Made by a program: the position numbers and the translations under genes
NCBI RefSeq assembly: GCF_004010195.1
Contig: NC_057719.1
Span: forward strand, 10,376,206 to 10,440,205
DNA from: Chiloscyllium plagiosum
Lineage: Eukaryota
DNA length: 64,000 bases
Direction: 5' to 3'
Part shown: positions 24,845-37,800 of the stretch, piece by piece
How positions within the stretch are numbered: the stretch's first letter is position 1
Layout: the number at the start of each line of letters is the position of its first letter
Notes under the pieces: generated by a model
What the model was told of the DNA's origin: nothing
Database searches by the model: none
What the model saw: only the letters and a program-made list of their open reading frames with translations

Positions 24845-25412
24845 TGAAAGGGGAAAGGTTTAAAAGGGATCCAAGGAGCAGCTTTATCATGCAGAAATGG
24901 TGCATTTATGGAATGAGCTGCCAGAGGAAGTGGTGGAGGCTGGTATAAGATTAGATTAGATTACTTACAGTGTGGAAACAGGTCCTTCGGCCCAACAAGT
25001 CCACACCGACCCTCCGAAGAGTAACCTACCCAGGCCCTTTTGCCTCTGACTAACGCACCTAACCTATGGGCAATTTAGCACGGCCGATTCACCTGATCTG
25101 CACATCTTTGGACTGTGGGAGGAAATTGGAGTACCCGGAGGAAACCCACACAGACACGGGGAGAATGTGCAAACTCCACACGGACAGTCGCCCAAGGCTG
25201 GAATTGAAGCTGGGACCCTGGTGCTGTGAGGCAGCAGTGCTAACAACTGAACCACCATGTGCTGATTACAGCATCTGGAGGGTATATAGGAAGGGTTTAG
25301 AGGGATATGGCCAAATGCTGGCAAATGGGATTGGAGTTATTTAGGATATCTGGTCGGCATGGACGGGTTGGACCGAAGGGTCTGTTTCCATGCTGTACAT
25401 CTCTATGACTCT
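24845..25412 (+). mobile_element. CR1/HER1 3' end interrupted by a SINE
   Basis: TGGAATGAGCTGCCAGAGGAAGTGGTGGAGGC ... GGACCGAAGGGTCTGTTTCCATGCTGTACATCTCTATGACTCT. Confidence 0.85.
24948..25262 (-). mobile_element. HE1-type V-SINE
   Basis: (GATTA)n tail at the left, then reverse-complement body and tRNA head. Confidence 0.9.
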
Positions 25413-25717
25413 GTGTAGGATCCTGAGGGACTTGACTGGATGGATGTGGAAACGATGTTTCCTTTTGTGGAACAATCTAGTACGAGGAAGCACAGCTTAA
25501 AAATAAGGAGATACCCATTTAAGACTTTTTTCTCAAAGCATTGTGAGCCTTTGGAATTCCATTCCTGAAAAGGAATCTTTAAATATTTTAAAGACAGAGG
25601 TAGATAGATTCTCGATGCCCAAGTGCATGAAAATTCTTAGGGATCTGCAGGAATGTAGGGTTGAGGTTAAAATCAGATCAGCCATGACCTTATTGAATGG
25701 TGGTCGACAGGCAGGAG

Positions 25718-26090
25718 GCTGGAAGAACACAGCAAGCTAGGCAGCATCAGGAGGTGGAGAAGTCAATGTTTCAGGTGTAACCCTTCTTCAGGACTAGGGT
25801 AGGTGTGAGGGGAGATACAGATTAAGGGGGGTTGGGGAAGGGTTTTGGATGGGAAGAGGAGTAGAGTGGTGAGGCAGTGACAGTTGAACACAGGTAGTGA
25901 GTATGACCAGGTTGGTCAGTGGGAGGAATGAATCCAGTTAGTACCTGGAAGGAAGGGTTGGTCAAAGGAGTGAGAGGGAGGGAGAGGAGCTGGAAAGGAG
26001 TCGGGGAATGGGAAGGGAGGTTATTTGAGATTGGAGAACTCAATGCTGAGTCCTCCAGGATGTAGGCTGCCCAGGCGGAAGATGAGATGT
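25718..26090 (-). mobile_element. PLE 3' end (GIY-YIG C-terminus, UTR, terminal repeat with hammerhead motif)
   Basis: The minus strand encodes HLIFRLGSLHPGGLSIEFSN. Hammerhead motif GTC-CTGAAGA-A-GGGTTACACCT-GAAAC-ATT-GAC at 25762-25794 (-). Confidence 0.8.
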
Positions 26091-27312
26091 TGAATGGTGT
26101 AGCAGGCTACTCTTGTTCCTTGTTCATATGCTAGTATGTTTATATCTGAGTTAGACATCGTAAGAGAGATAATATCAATCTGGAGTGAGTATGTGAAAAG
26201 GCGGCTCTCAGGACAAGTGTATTTGATCATCTATGTACGGGTCCAAATAAAAGAGTAAAGCTTTGGATAAGGAATGGAAAAGCCTTCCTTGTCAATAAGG
26301 AGCAAGCAATCTCAAGGACAGTGTATGGGCAGACACTCACAGCCTAGGTACTCCAGACCAGTCTGTCGATGCACAGATAGAAGTATTAGCAAAAGCACAG
26401 GATTAAGTCACAGGTAGCAGCTTGGGAAAATATATCTTCAGCCAGAATGTGAGGACATAAAGAATCCAAGGGGCACAGCTGAAAAGGGAAGCCTTTAAAG
26501 GCACAACAAACATCAAAAAGCCTTTGAAGGAGCTGCTGAGAAAAAGCAGGAGAACTACAATGGCAGTGAAAAGACTTTGTGAGACTTCGAAGCTGAACCA
26601 CAAACAGGCAACAATCCTGCAAGTAAACATACAGCTGGAACACTGACAGTAAGAAGCAAGCAAGCAAATAACCCAGGTCATCCCAGCCAGATAATCTGGA
26701 GGGATGGCAGTACTGGCAGGGACCTTACCATTCTCAAATGGTTGAGGTATAGTCGAAGGTCTACAAGGAGGTCAGAAATGGCAGCTTTAATGGCAGCTAC
26801 AGGGCTATTGAACCACTCCAGGCTTACATATGGAAGGCAGTGTCATCAAGTCACACACTGTACATTCAATACCTGATGATGTTCTGGTCAGGCAAGGTGT
26901 GAAAGAAGGCACTGCGAACAGGTACTATTGGTGAAACAGTCGATGTATACTTTAGTTCAAAAGTAATATTGAGAACTGATGAAATGCAAACAGCAATCTG
27001 GATATTTTGGAGTATCAATGTTTGTGGATATGGTGCCAGTTAGATCTGCTTTCAGCGGTCGCAGTGTGTACCACCTACAAGGCCCACTGCAGAAACTCAC
27101 CAAAGATCCTCAGACAGCACCTTCCAAACCATGACCACTTCCATTAAGAAGGACAAGGCCAGCAGATATATGGGAACACCACCACCTGCAGGTTCTTCAC
27201 CAAGCCACTTATCATCCTGACTTGGAAATACATCACAGCTCTTTTAGTGTCACTGGGACAAAACCCTAGAATTCCCTCCTTAACTGCATTGTGGGTCGAA
27301 CTGCAGCATATA

Positions 27313-27617
27313 CACAGCGCCAGAGACCCGGGTTCAATTCCCACCTCAGGTGAATGTTGTGTGTGGAGTTTGCACATTCTCCCTGTGTCTGCATGGGTTT
27401 CCTCTGGGTGCTCCGGTTTCCTCCCACAGTCCAAAAATGTGCAGGTTAGGTAAATTGGCCATGCTAAGTTGCCCATAGTGTTAAGTGAAGGGGTAAATGT
27501 AGGGGAATATGTCTGGGTGGGTTGCGCTTCGGCGGGTCGGTGTGGACTTGTTGGGCCGAAGGACCTGTTTCCACACTAAGTAATCTAATCAAAGTAATCT
27601 CATCTAATCTAATCTAA
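27313..27617 (+). mobile_element. HE1-type V-SINE, 5'-truncated
   Basis: Starts at CACAGCGCCAGAGACCCGGGTTCAATTCC and has a TAATC tail. Confidence 0.9.
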
Positions 27618-27721
27618 GAAGACAGCTCACCATCACCTTCTCAAGGACAACTGAGAACAGGCAATAAATTCTGGGAAAAAAAGTAATCTTTTTAATGAAT
27701 TTATATCAACTGCCAGGATAA

Positions 27722-27870
27722 TGTGTGTGCAGAGCTTTGAAGGATGAATTAATTAGAAATTACGTACTAGTGAGCATGAGGGATGAGCAGTTTCCAGGCT
27801 TCCGTCAATCTAAGGAAGATCTAACATTGGAGCAGGCAATCCAATTTGCTACTGTGATGAAAAGTTTGGG
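27722..27870 (+). pseudogene. Degenerate Ty3/Gypsy gag fragment
   Basis: Translation LKDELIRNYVLVSMRDEQ...QSKEDLTLEQAIQ resembles the Gypsy gag motif LKDELIRDRIV.G.RD...LQ..DLTLEKAI. The match is short and was judged by eye. Confidence 0.55.
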
Positions 27871-28223
27871 TTCTGAATTGAAAGGACAATGTAATGTTTT
27901 AATTTGAAATTTATTATGTGTGTTACAAATAGGAAATTGTCTCTTAGTTTCTTTGCAGATTTGGTTTCTGAGTGGTCGTGGTAGTGGCTGGAGATTTGTT
28001 TACATACATTTCAATCTTTGAGATTAACAGGTCATTGTTTTAAGAGAAAAAGGGAAAAAGAGAGAAAGCATAACAGCTGTTAGTCAGCAATGTAGTCCAG
28101 TAACACCAAGTCAGAAAAATCAAGAAATCAGAACAGTGCAGAAGAAGTCAAACAGCGTGCAACTTCATTCCGAGAGAAGAGACTCCTGTGGGCAAACATA
28201 CTATTTTAACAGCTTCAAAGTGG

Positions 28224-28541
28224 GATTAGATTAGATTCCCTACAGTGTGGAAACAGGCCCTTCGGCCCAACCAGTCCATACCGACCCCCCGAAGAGTAAC
28301 CCACCCAGACCCATTCCCCTCTGACTAATGCACCTAACACTATGGGCAATTTAGCATGGCCAATTCACCTGACCTGCACATCTTTGGACTGTGGGAGGAA
28401 ACTGGAGCACCCGGAGGAAACCCACACAGACATGGGGAGAATGAGCAAACTCCACATAGTCAGTCGCCTGAGGTTAAAACTGAACCTGAGACCCTGGTGC
28501 TGTGAGGCATCAGAGCTAACCACTGAGCCACCGTGCCGCCC
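28224..28541 (-). mobile_element. HE1-type V-SINE
   Basis: Full reverse-complement copy with GATTA tail. Confidence 0.9.
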
Positions 28542-28599
28542 ACGGCTGGAACGTGGAAACTTGTTGGTCTTCCAGAGCAAGGAGTTGACCGGACCTCCA

Positions 28600-29095
28600 C
28601 CTTGTCCCAGTCTTAAATTGGCACCCTGTTGTTCTGAAACAATGATCTCTAGTCCTAGAGTCTGCTATAAAGGGAAACAGCCTCTCAGCACTTACCCTGT
28701 CAAGCCCTTTAAGAACCCACTCTTCTGAATTCCAGTGAGTAGGGTCCCAACCTGTTTAACCTTTGCTCACAAGACCATCCCTCCATGCCAGAGAACATCC
28801 TGGTGAGCCTTCTTTGAACTGCCTCCATTGAAATTATATATTTTCTTTAATAAGGGAACCAAAACTGTCCACAGTACTCCACATATCAGGTCTCACCTGC
28901 AACTTGTATTGTTGCATTAAGACTTCCCTACTCTTATACTCTGGCCCTTGAAATAAGGGCCAGCATTCAATTAGCCTTCCTGATTGCCTGCTATACCTGT
29001 GTGCTAGCTCTCTGTGTTTCATGCACAAATGCCCCCAAGTCCCTTTGTATGGCAGATTTCTGCAGTTTTTCTACATTTAATAGTCTGTTTAATTC
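28600..29095 (-). mobile_element. CR1-type LINE ORF2 fragment
   Basis: Minus translation EYKSREVLMQQYKLQVRP, and similarity to the 14575-15445 fragment. Confidence 0.7.
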
Positions 29096-29145
29096 TGATA
29101 TCAACTTTAAGGAAGTGTTTAGCAGGCTCAATATAAATTAAGTAG

Positions 29146-29324
29146 GTGAATGAGGACTGCAGATGCTGGAGATTAGAGTCAGGATTAGAGTCAAGATCAG
29201 GAATGAAGGGCTCCTGAAAGGAACGATCCCTGATGAAGGGCTCCTGCCTGAAACATCGATTCTCCTGCACCCTGGATGCTGCCTGACCTGTTGTGCTTTT
29301 CCAGCACCACTCTAATCTTGACTT
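29146..29324. mobile_element. PLE-derived inverted insertion with hammerhead motif and 16-bp TSD
   Basis: TSD AATATAAATTAAGTAG at 29130-29145 and 29325-29340. Motif CTGATGA-A-GGGCTCCTGCCT-GAAAC-ATC at ~29230-29257. Confidence 0.85.
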
Positions 29325-31459
29325 AATATAAATTAAGTAGAACCTCTACTTAAATCCAAAGTGGGAACCTATGCCTTGCAACATTTATGGATGTTCTGAC
29401 AAAACTTCCTGAAGCAGCAACTTTGGGAAAAATGAAGGCAAAAATGGCAGCGCAGAAGTTGAATTTTTTATACAGGATACAGATTACCCAAGGAAATACA
29501 TGAGATCAAGGTTCAAATTTAATACTGCAGGTATTTGAAGAAATAATGAATAGTTGGGAACAAAACATATGATTTAGGAGCAGGAGTAGGCTATTCAGCC
29601 TCTTGAGCCAGATCTGACATTCAACAAGATCATGGCTGATTGCAATGCAACCTCAAAAACCACATTCCTGCCTAACTCTGATAATCAATCACTCCTTTAA
29701 CAAAAATATATCTACCTCTACCTCAAAAATATTTAAGACTATTTGTCCGGGAAAGTTGGTGGGAGCCACTATCAATAGTGGGACTATTGATACTCAAAAA
29801 TAAAGTAACTTAATCTCTGTTTCAAATGAGCCAGCCCTGATTGTTAAACAGTGACTCATAGCTCTTGATTGTCTTTCTACATACAGCCTGCTGATACCCC
29901 TAGACTCTTATACATTTCAGTCAAGTTGCACGTTACACCTCTGAACTTCGGTGGATGTATGCCCAGCCTGTCCAACCTGGTCATTCTGGGAAAACTTCCT
30001 CTAAACTGCTTCCAGTGTATTTACATCCTTCCTTAAGGATGTACACAGTACTCCAGGTGCAGCCTCACCAGTGCCCTTTACAACTGAAACATGATCTACT
30101 TACTTTTGTATTCAATTCCCTGAGCAATGAACAATAAGATTTGTTAACTTTCTCAATTACTTGCCATACTTGCATACTGGCCGTATATAATTCTTGCACT
30201 AGGACAACCAGATCCCACTGCATCTCAAAGATCTAAATCAAATGCTTGACTATATTTCATGTTTTCCCACATTTTACTCCATTTGCCAACTGGAATAATG
30301 TATAGAGAGGAATGGATAAGCATGATCTTTAACTTTTTTAGAAAAATTATTTATTGAAGGGACATTGGCTAATTTCATTCATTTCTGCAACTAAAAGCAA
30401 TCAGTTTTTGTAACTCCAGATGGACTTTATGCTGTTCGGAATGAAAGTCACAACCGTTCAGTGCAAAGCCAACAGCATTATCGAAAGGTTCATGTAACTG
30501 TGATGAGCTGGAACACAACCAGAGGGACAGTGATATGCTACAGGCACCACAGATGCAAGCTTTACAGGAAATGAGAGAGAGTAATCTTCTCAAATTAAGA
30601 TTACAGTTTTAGGACACATTAGCCAGGAAAAAGGGATCATGGCAAATCCAAGAAACACTACCACCATCAGTGCTTGCAAAGTAAATGACATACAGCACTT
30701 CTTATGGTAAATCAAGCAGGAAAGCTTTTCCCCAGCTTCCAAAGTTTGCTCATCCCATCAAAGATGAAGGCTTCAGTTGAATTAGCATCCATCGCTTTCT
30801 TGGTGGGGGGGGGTGGGAATAAAAAGCTCTAGATTTCTACACCCTTGAAGGAGTGCCTTTTGATTTAACTACTGGATAAATGTTGGTTGTCACTTTGAAA
30901 TAATGCACCCTTCCTACATTTTATATGTCTCCCTTTAGATGAGCGTTCAGAGGTTTTCAATTAATTTTCACAAACTAATGATGTCAGGTATTTCCAAGAG
31001 GAAGTATAATTTGAAAATGTCTGCTATGTCGTGTTCCCATGTGTTCAATTTCCTTGAACGTTTATGTAGCAATCTAGGGCAAGAATAATTGCAAATTTCA
31101 AAGCTATATATTCAGTTAAATTGTATAACCTGGAAGCTGGTTTAACAATTGTTTGCATAGACAACAAATTCTGAAATAATGTACAGTAACCTTCTCTGTT
31201 TGAACCATAGTAGGATGGGAGACATTGTTCGAATTATTTTCTTGCACAAAAGGAAAACAATTTGCCTTTTCTCTTTCACACTCTACTATACACTTTCAGT
31301 TCATTGTAGTAGTTAATAGATTCCAATAAATCTTACTGCACAATACGTAGGACACAACAGAGACTGGTAAAATGCAAATGCACAGACTCAGAATTAAAAG
31401 GTCCAAACTGTTGGTGGAAGGTTCAATATTTAATGAGTCTTCTCCAACACAATGGGAGT

Positions 31460-32060
31460 TATAGAGTCATAGAGAATGGAAACAAACCCTTAAATTCGGC
31501 TTCTCCACACCAACCAGATTTCCTAAACTAAACTAGTCCCACTTGCCAGTGTTTGGCCCATATCTCTCTAAACCTTTCCTATTCATGTACCTGTCCAAAT
31601 GTCTTGTAACTCTTTCAGCTGTACCTGCGTCTGTCACTTCCTCGGGCAGTTCCTTTCCCAAATGCACCATCCTCTGTGTGAGAAAGTTGTCCATCTTAAA
31701 ATCTTTCTTCTTCTCACCTTAAACCCTTGCCCTCTACTGCAAACAAAAATTCTGGAAATCACAGGGTGTCAGGCAGCACACATGGAAAGAGAGCAAGCTA
31801 AAGTTTTGAGTCTAGATGACTCATCATCAGAGCTGTGCCCTGTAGTTTTGAATTCCTCCACCCCAGGGATATGACCTTTGCTATTCACCTTAATGATGTC
31901 CCTCATGATTTTAAACATCTATAAAGTCACCCCTCAACTTCCTACCCCCCAGGGAAAATAGTCCCAGCCTCTCCCGATAGCTCAAACCCTCCAATTCCAG
32001 TCAGATCCTTGTAAATCTTTTCTGCACCCTGTCCAGTTTTAAAATATCCTTCCTATAGGC
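31460..32060 (-). mobile_element. CR1/HER1 3' end interrupted by a single-arm PLE terminal-repeat remnant (31740-31833)
   Basis: CR1 tail TAGAGTCATAGAG. The insert reads CTGATGA-T-GAGTCATCTAGACTC-AAAACTTT on - (decayed hammerhead), and TGCCCTCTA/TGCCCTGTA flank it. Confidence 0.75.
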
Positions 32061-32380
32061 AGATGGAAAGGGAACTCATGGAAGTCACATGTTGGGTCCT
32101 TGACCTGGCATATTCCCACCGTGAACAATCTTATGTCAGAGGCTGTTTAGGACGACACTGGCTCACCCATCCAGCGGTGGCATGCAGCAATGACATGTGC
32201 AGATATCACTGGTGTACTTATACCTGCAGAATCTCAGTGATTACAGACAGGCTCCCACTGAGGACACCAAATGGCTGGTGGTACCAAGCCAAATGTGGCA
32301 ACAAAGCTGTCTTTAAATTTCCCCTCCTCTACCCAGAGACGGACCGGATGGAAGACTACACTGAGTCCACAGGTCAGTGG

Positions 32381-32772
32381 GAAACAAGCAGAGAAAATGC
32401 TGGAGAAACTCAGCAGGTCTGGCAGCATCTGTGGAAAGAGAAACAGAGTTAACATTTCAAGTCCAGTGATCCTTCTTCAGAACTGAACTTCTTTCTGATA
32501 AAGAAGAGGAGTCATAGTGGAAATATTAATTCTCTCTGCACAGCTGATTTCTCCAGCATTCTCTGTGTTTATTCAGATTGCCAGCATCTGCAGTATTTTG
32601 ACTTTATTACTAGTGTGACTCTTCTTCAAAACACAGTCTTCTGAGGAAGTGTTATACCAGACTTAAAATGTTAACCCTGTTTCTCTCTCCACAGATGCTG
32701 TCAGACCTGCTGAGTTTCTCCAGCATTCTCTGCGCTTATTTCAGATTTCCAGCATCTGCAATAGTTTGCCTT
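32381..32772. mobile_element. Cluster of inverted and tandem PLE terminal-repeat remnants with decayed hammerhead motifs
   Basis: The arm ATGCTGGAGAAACTCAGCAGGTCTGGCAGCATCTGTGG is followed by two opposite-strand copies, with CTGAAGAA/CTGAGGAA cores. Confidence 0.7.
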
Positions 32773-33669
32773 TCTTACATGAAGTGGAAGAATGTCCCAA
32801 CTTTATTTCAAATAATACCGCAAGATCGTTTGCATAACAATTTGAGACCAGGTGAAGACTGCGCTTAAAACCCACAAATATTTCTGGAAACACATCAAGC
32901 ATATTCCAACTCTGTGAAATGGATGTAATGCCTGATTATGTAAGGGTACAAATACTGCACAAATTTACATCGAGTAAGAATGATGCCCAGCTAACCCAAG
33001 GCACTCGGGAGTGAAAGAAAAGACAGTTGCAACTTTGGTGGAATACAAAGCACTCTGACTAAATAGTACAAAAACTCAGAGGATTTCCTGCTGGAATACA
33101 TTTGTGCTGTTGGAAAGCGTCTTGTGACAATTCAAAACAGATGTTTAAAAAGTCTACTGTGAAGTAATTTCCACCTACGTACAAGCTCTACTCCTTCACA
33201 TTTATGAGGCACAAGGGATGCTTAAGTCGGTTGACTTAACCTTTCCACTGTGGCAGGGGAATTAACCTATTTGCACCAGTTCTTACTCTGTACAAGAGAG
33301 AGATATGTTTGACACCTGGTATCACTCATACTGGAAGAGGCTCAGGCAACTATCAATCTACAAGCTCCACACTGAGAATACTAAAAACATAAAATTAATT
33401 AATGGCACTTTATTTCACTACACAAGCAGTAATGTTTCTGAAGAACATCCAATTCCGTACACATTATTGACTACTGCATCACTCGGGTCCCGTTGGAAAG
33501 TAGCTGCTCAGCTCAAGTCGGAAACTAAAATGTCAACTCACGGTCTCTGGGAACTGAGTTATACTGCTTGGTTGCAGTCTCAAATCCAGGAAAGGGATAG
33601 TGCATTGGTTTGTTTGTGACACAGTCAATAAATACATGGTGGGAGCGTCATCACTTCAAGGCCTTACAG

Positions 33670-34030
33670 AGATTTATAAAATCATGAGAGGCATAGACAA
33701 GTTGAACAGCAAGTGTCTTTTCCCAAGTGTCTTTTCCCAAGTGTGAGAGAGTTCAAAACTAGGAGCAATATTTTTAAGATGAGAGGAGGATGCTTTCAAA
33801 AGGATATGAGGGGCAATTGTTTTACACAGAGATTGGTCAGTGTGTGGAATGAACTGCCAGAGAAAGTGAAGGATGCAGGTACAGTTACAAAATTTAAAAG
33901 ACATTTGGATGAGTACATGAATAAGAAATGTTTGGAGGGATATGAGATGTATTTAGTTTGCGATTATGGTCAGCATGAACTGGCGGCGGCAAAGGGTCTC
34001 TTTCTGTGCTGTATGAGTCTACAATTCTAT
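33670..34030 (+). mobile_element. CR1/HER1 3' end
   Basis: Translation RGNCFTQRLVSVWNELPEKVKDAGTVTKFKRHLDEYM. Confidence 0.85.
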
Positions 34031-34856
34031 GGCTTTGCCCCCACCTCTCCCTTGTCTTCCCACAGTTCAGAGCATCCCAGATTAAACTTGCACTATAAAT
34101 ACATGAAAAGGAAAGGTTGGGAAGGTCAAATGCAGGCAGGTTGGATGAGTTTAGTTTGGGAAAATGGGTGCATGGACTATTAATCATTTATACATTTAAA
34201 GTTGATATTTCTCTGCACCTTCTCTGTAACTGTAACATTATATTCAGCATTTTGTTCTATGAACCTAAAGTCCCTGTGTCAAGTATGATTTGTCTGGGAA
34301 GTACACAAAACAATACTTTTCACTGTATCTTAGTACGTGTGGCAATAATAAATCAAAGTAAATCAAACACTTGTGCAGCAGATCTAGCACAAAACCCAAC
34401 TCTTTTTGGAATGGAGGAAGCTAATCACTAGAAATCCAAAATTAAAACCAAGTGCTGGGAACTTCAAGCAGGTCTTGTGATATCTTGGTGAGATAGCCCC
34501 AGATGAAAGAGAATAATATCCCCAACTAAATTCAGGGTTAGACCAGTGTGAAATTCAGAATTACAGCACTGTGAAATTCAGGGTCAGAGCAGGGAGAAAT
34601 TCAGGGACGGAGCAGGGAGAAATTCAGGGACGGAACAGGGAGAAATTCAGGGACGGAACAGGGAGAAATTCAGGGACGGAGCAGGGAGAAATGCAGGGTC
34701 CCAGCCCTGTGAAATGCGGGGTCACATACCTGTGAAATTCAGTGTCCCGGCACTGTGAAATTCAGTGTCCCGGCACTGTGAAATTCAGGGTCCCAGCCCT
34801 GTGAAATTCAGGGTCCCAGCCCTGTGAAATTCAGGGTCCAAATTCAGGGTCCCAGC

Positions 34857-37800
34857 CCTGTGAAATTCAGGGTCCCAGACCTGTGAAATTCAGGGTCCCA
34901 GACCTGTGAAATTCAGGGTCCCAGACCTGTGAAATTCAGGGTCCCAGACCTGTGAAATTCAGGGTCCCAGACCTGTGAAATTCAGGGTCCCAGACCTGTG
35001 AAATTCAGGGTCCCAGACCTGTGAAATTCAGGGTCCCAGACCTGTGAAATTCAGGGTCCCAGACCTGTGAAATTCAGGGTCCCAGACCTGTGAAATTCAG
35101 GGTCCCAGACCTGTGAAATTCAGGGTCCCAGACCTGTGAAATTCAGGGTCCCAGACCTGTGAAATTCAGGGTCCCAGACCTGTGAAATTCAGGGTCCCAG
35201 ACCTGTGAAATTCAGGGTCCCAGACCTGTGAAATTCAGGGTCCCAGACCTGTGAAATTCAGGGTCCCAGACCTGTGAAATTCAGGGTCCCAGACCTGTGA
35301 AATTCAGGGTCCCAGACCTGTGAAATTCAGGGTCCCAGACCTGTGAAATTCAGGGTCCCAGACCTGTGAAATTCAGGGTCCCAGACCTGTGAAATTCAGG
35401 GTCCCAGACCTGTGAAATTCAGGGTCCCAGACCTGTGAAATTCAGGGTCCCAGACCTGTGAAATTCAGGGTCCCAGACCTGTGAAATTCAGGGTCCCAGA
35501 CCTGTGAAATTCAGGGTCCCAGACCTGTGAAATTCAGGGTCCCAGACCTGTGAAATTCAGGGTCCCAGACCTGTGAAATTCAGGGTCCCAGACCTGTGAA
35601 ATTCAGGGTCCCAGACCTGTGAAATTCAGGGTCCCAGACCTGTGAAATTCAGGGTCCCAGACCTGTGAAATTCAGGGTCCCAGACCTGTGAAATTCAGGG
35701 TCCCAGACCTGTGAAATTCAGGGTCCCAGACCTGTGAAATTCAGGGTCCCAGACCTGTGAAATTCAGGGTCCCAGACCTGTGAAATTCAGGGTCCCAGAC
35801 CTGTGAAATTCAGGGTCCCAGACCTGTGAAATTCAGGGTCCCAGACCTGTGAAATTCAGGGTCCCAGACCTGTGAAATTCAGGGTCCCAGACCTGTGAAA
35901 TTCAGGGTCCCAGACCTGTGAAATTCAGGGTCCCAGACCTGTGAAATTCAGGGTCCCAGACCTGTGAAATTCAGGGTCCCAGACCTGTGAAATTCAGGGT
36001 CCCAGACCTGTGAAATTCAGGGTCCCAGACCTGTGAAATTCAGGGTCCCAGACCTGTGAAATTCAGGGTCCCAGACCTGTGAAATTCAGGGTCCCAGACC
36101 TGTGAAATTCAGGGTCCCAGACCTGTGAAATTCAGGGTCCCAGACCTGTGAAATTCAGGGTCCCAGACCTGTGAAATTCAGGGTCCCAGACCTGTGAAAT
36201 TCAGGGTCCCAGACCTGTGAAATTCAGGGTCCCAGACCTGTGAAATTCAGGGTCCCAGACCTGTGAAATTCAGGGTCCCAGACCTGTGAAATTCAGGGTC
36301 CCAGACCTGTGAAATTCAGGGTCCCAGACCTGTGAAATTCAGGGTCCCAGACCTGTGAAATTCAGGGTCCCAGACCTGTGAAATTCAGGGTCCCAGACCT
36401 GTGAAATTCAGGGTCCCAGACCTGTGAAATTCAGGGTCCCAGACCTGTGAAATTCAGGGTCCCAGACCTGTGAAATTCAGGGTCCCAGACCTGTGAAATT
36501 CAGGGTCCCAGACCTGTGAAATTCAGGGTCCCAGACCTGTGAAATTCAGGGTCCCAGACCTGTGAAATTCAGGGTCCCAGACCTGTGAAATTCAGGGTCC
36601 CAGACCTGTGAAATTCAGGGTCCCAGACCTGTGAAATTCAGGGTCCCAGACCTGTGAAATTCAGGGTCCCAGACCTGTGAAATTCAGGGTCCCAGACCTG
36701 TGAAATTCAGGGTCCCAGACCTGTGAAATTCAGGGTCCCAGACCTGTGAAATTCAGGGTCCCAGACCTGTGAAATTCAGGGTCCCAGACCTGTGAAATTC
36801 AGGGTCCCAGACCTGTGAAATTCAGGGTCCCAGACCTGTGAAATTCAGGGTCCCAGACCTGTGAAATTCAGGGTCCCAGACCTGTGAAATTCAGGGTCCC
36901 AGACCTGTGAAATTCAGGGTCCCAGACCTGTGAAATTCAGGGTCCCAGACCTGTGAAATTCAGGGTCCCAGACCTGTGAAATTCAGGGTCCCAGACCTGT
37001 GAAATTCAGGGTCCCAGACCTGTGAAATTCAGGGTCCCAGACCTGTGAAATTCAGGGTCCCAGACCTGTGAAATTCAGGGTCCCAGACCTGTGAAATTCA
37101 GGGTCCCAGACCTGTGAAATTCAGGGTCCCAGACCTGTGAAATTCAGGGTCCCAGACCTGTGAAATTCAGGGTCCCAGACCTGTGAAATTCAGGGTCCCA
37201 GACCTGTGAAATTCAGGGTCCCAGACCTGTGAAATTCAGGGTCCCAGACCTGTGAAATTCAGGGTCCCAGACCTGTGAAATTCAGGGTCCCAGACCTGTG
37301 AAATTCAGGGTCCCAGACCTGTGAAATTCAGGGTCCCAGACCTGTGAAATTCAGGGTCCCAGACCTGTGAAATTCAGGGTCCCAGACCTGTGAAATTCAG
37401 GGTCCCAGACCTGTGAAATTCAGGGTCCCAGACCTGTGAAATTCAGGGTCCCAGACCTGTGAAATTCAGGGTCCCAGACCTGTGAAATTCAGGGTCCCAG
37501 ACCTGTGAAATTCAGGGTCCCAGACCTGTGAAATTCAGGGTCCCAGACCTGTGAAATTCAGGGTCCCAGACCTGTGAAATTCAGGGTCCCAGACCTGTGA
37601 AATTCAGGGTCCCAGACCTGTGAAATTCAGGGTCCCAGACCTGTGAAATTCAGGGTCCCAGACCTGTGAAATTCAGGGTCCCAGACCTGTGAAATTCAGG
37701 GTCCCAGACCTGTGAAATTCAGGGTCCCAGACCTGTGAAATTCAGGGTCCCAGACCTGTGAAATTCAGGGTCCCAGACCTGTGAAATTCAGGGTCCCAGA

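Noticed and set aside
34560..34790. RAG recombination signal sequences (CACTGTG heptamers with 23-bp periodicity)
   Set aside because: The heptamer occurs in only a few variant units, there is no ACAAAAACC nonamer at 12 or 23 bp, and no V/D/J segments are visible.
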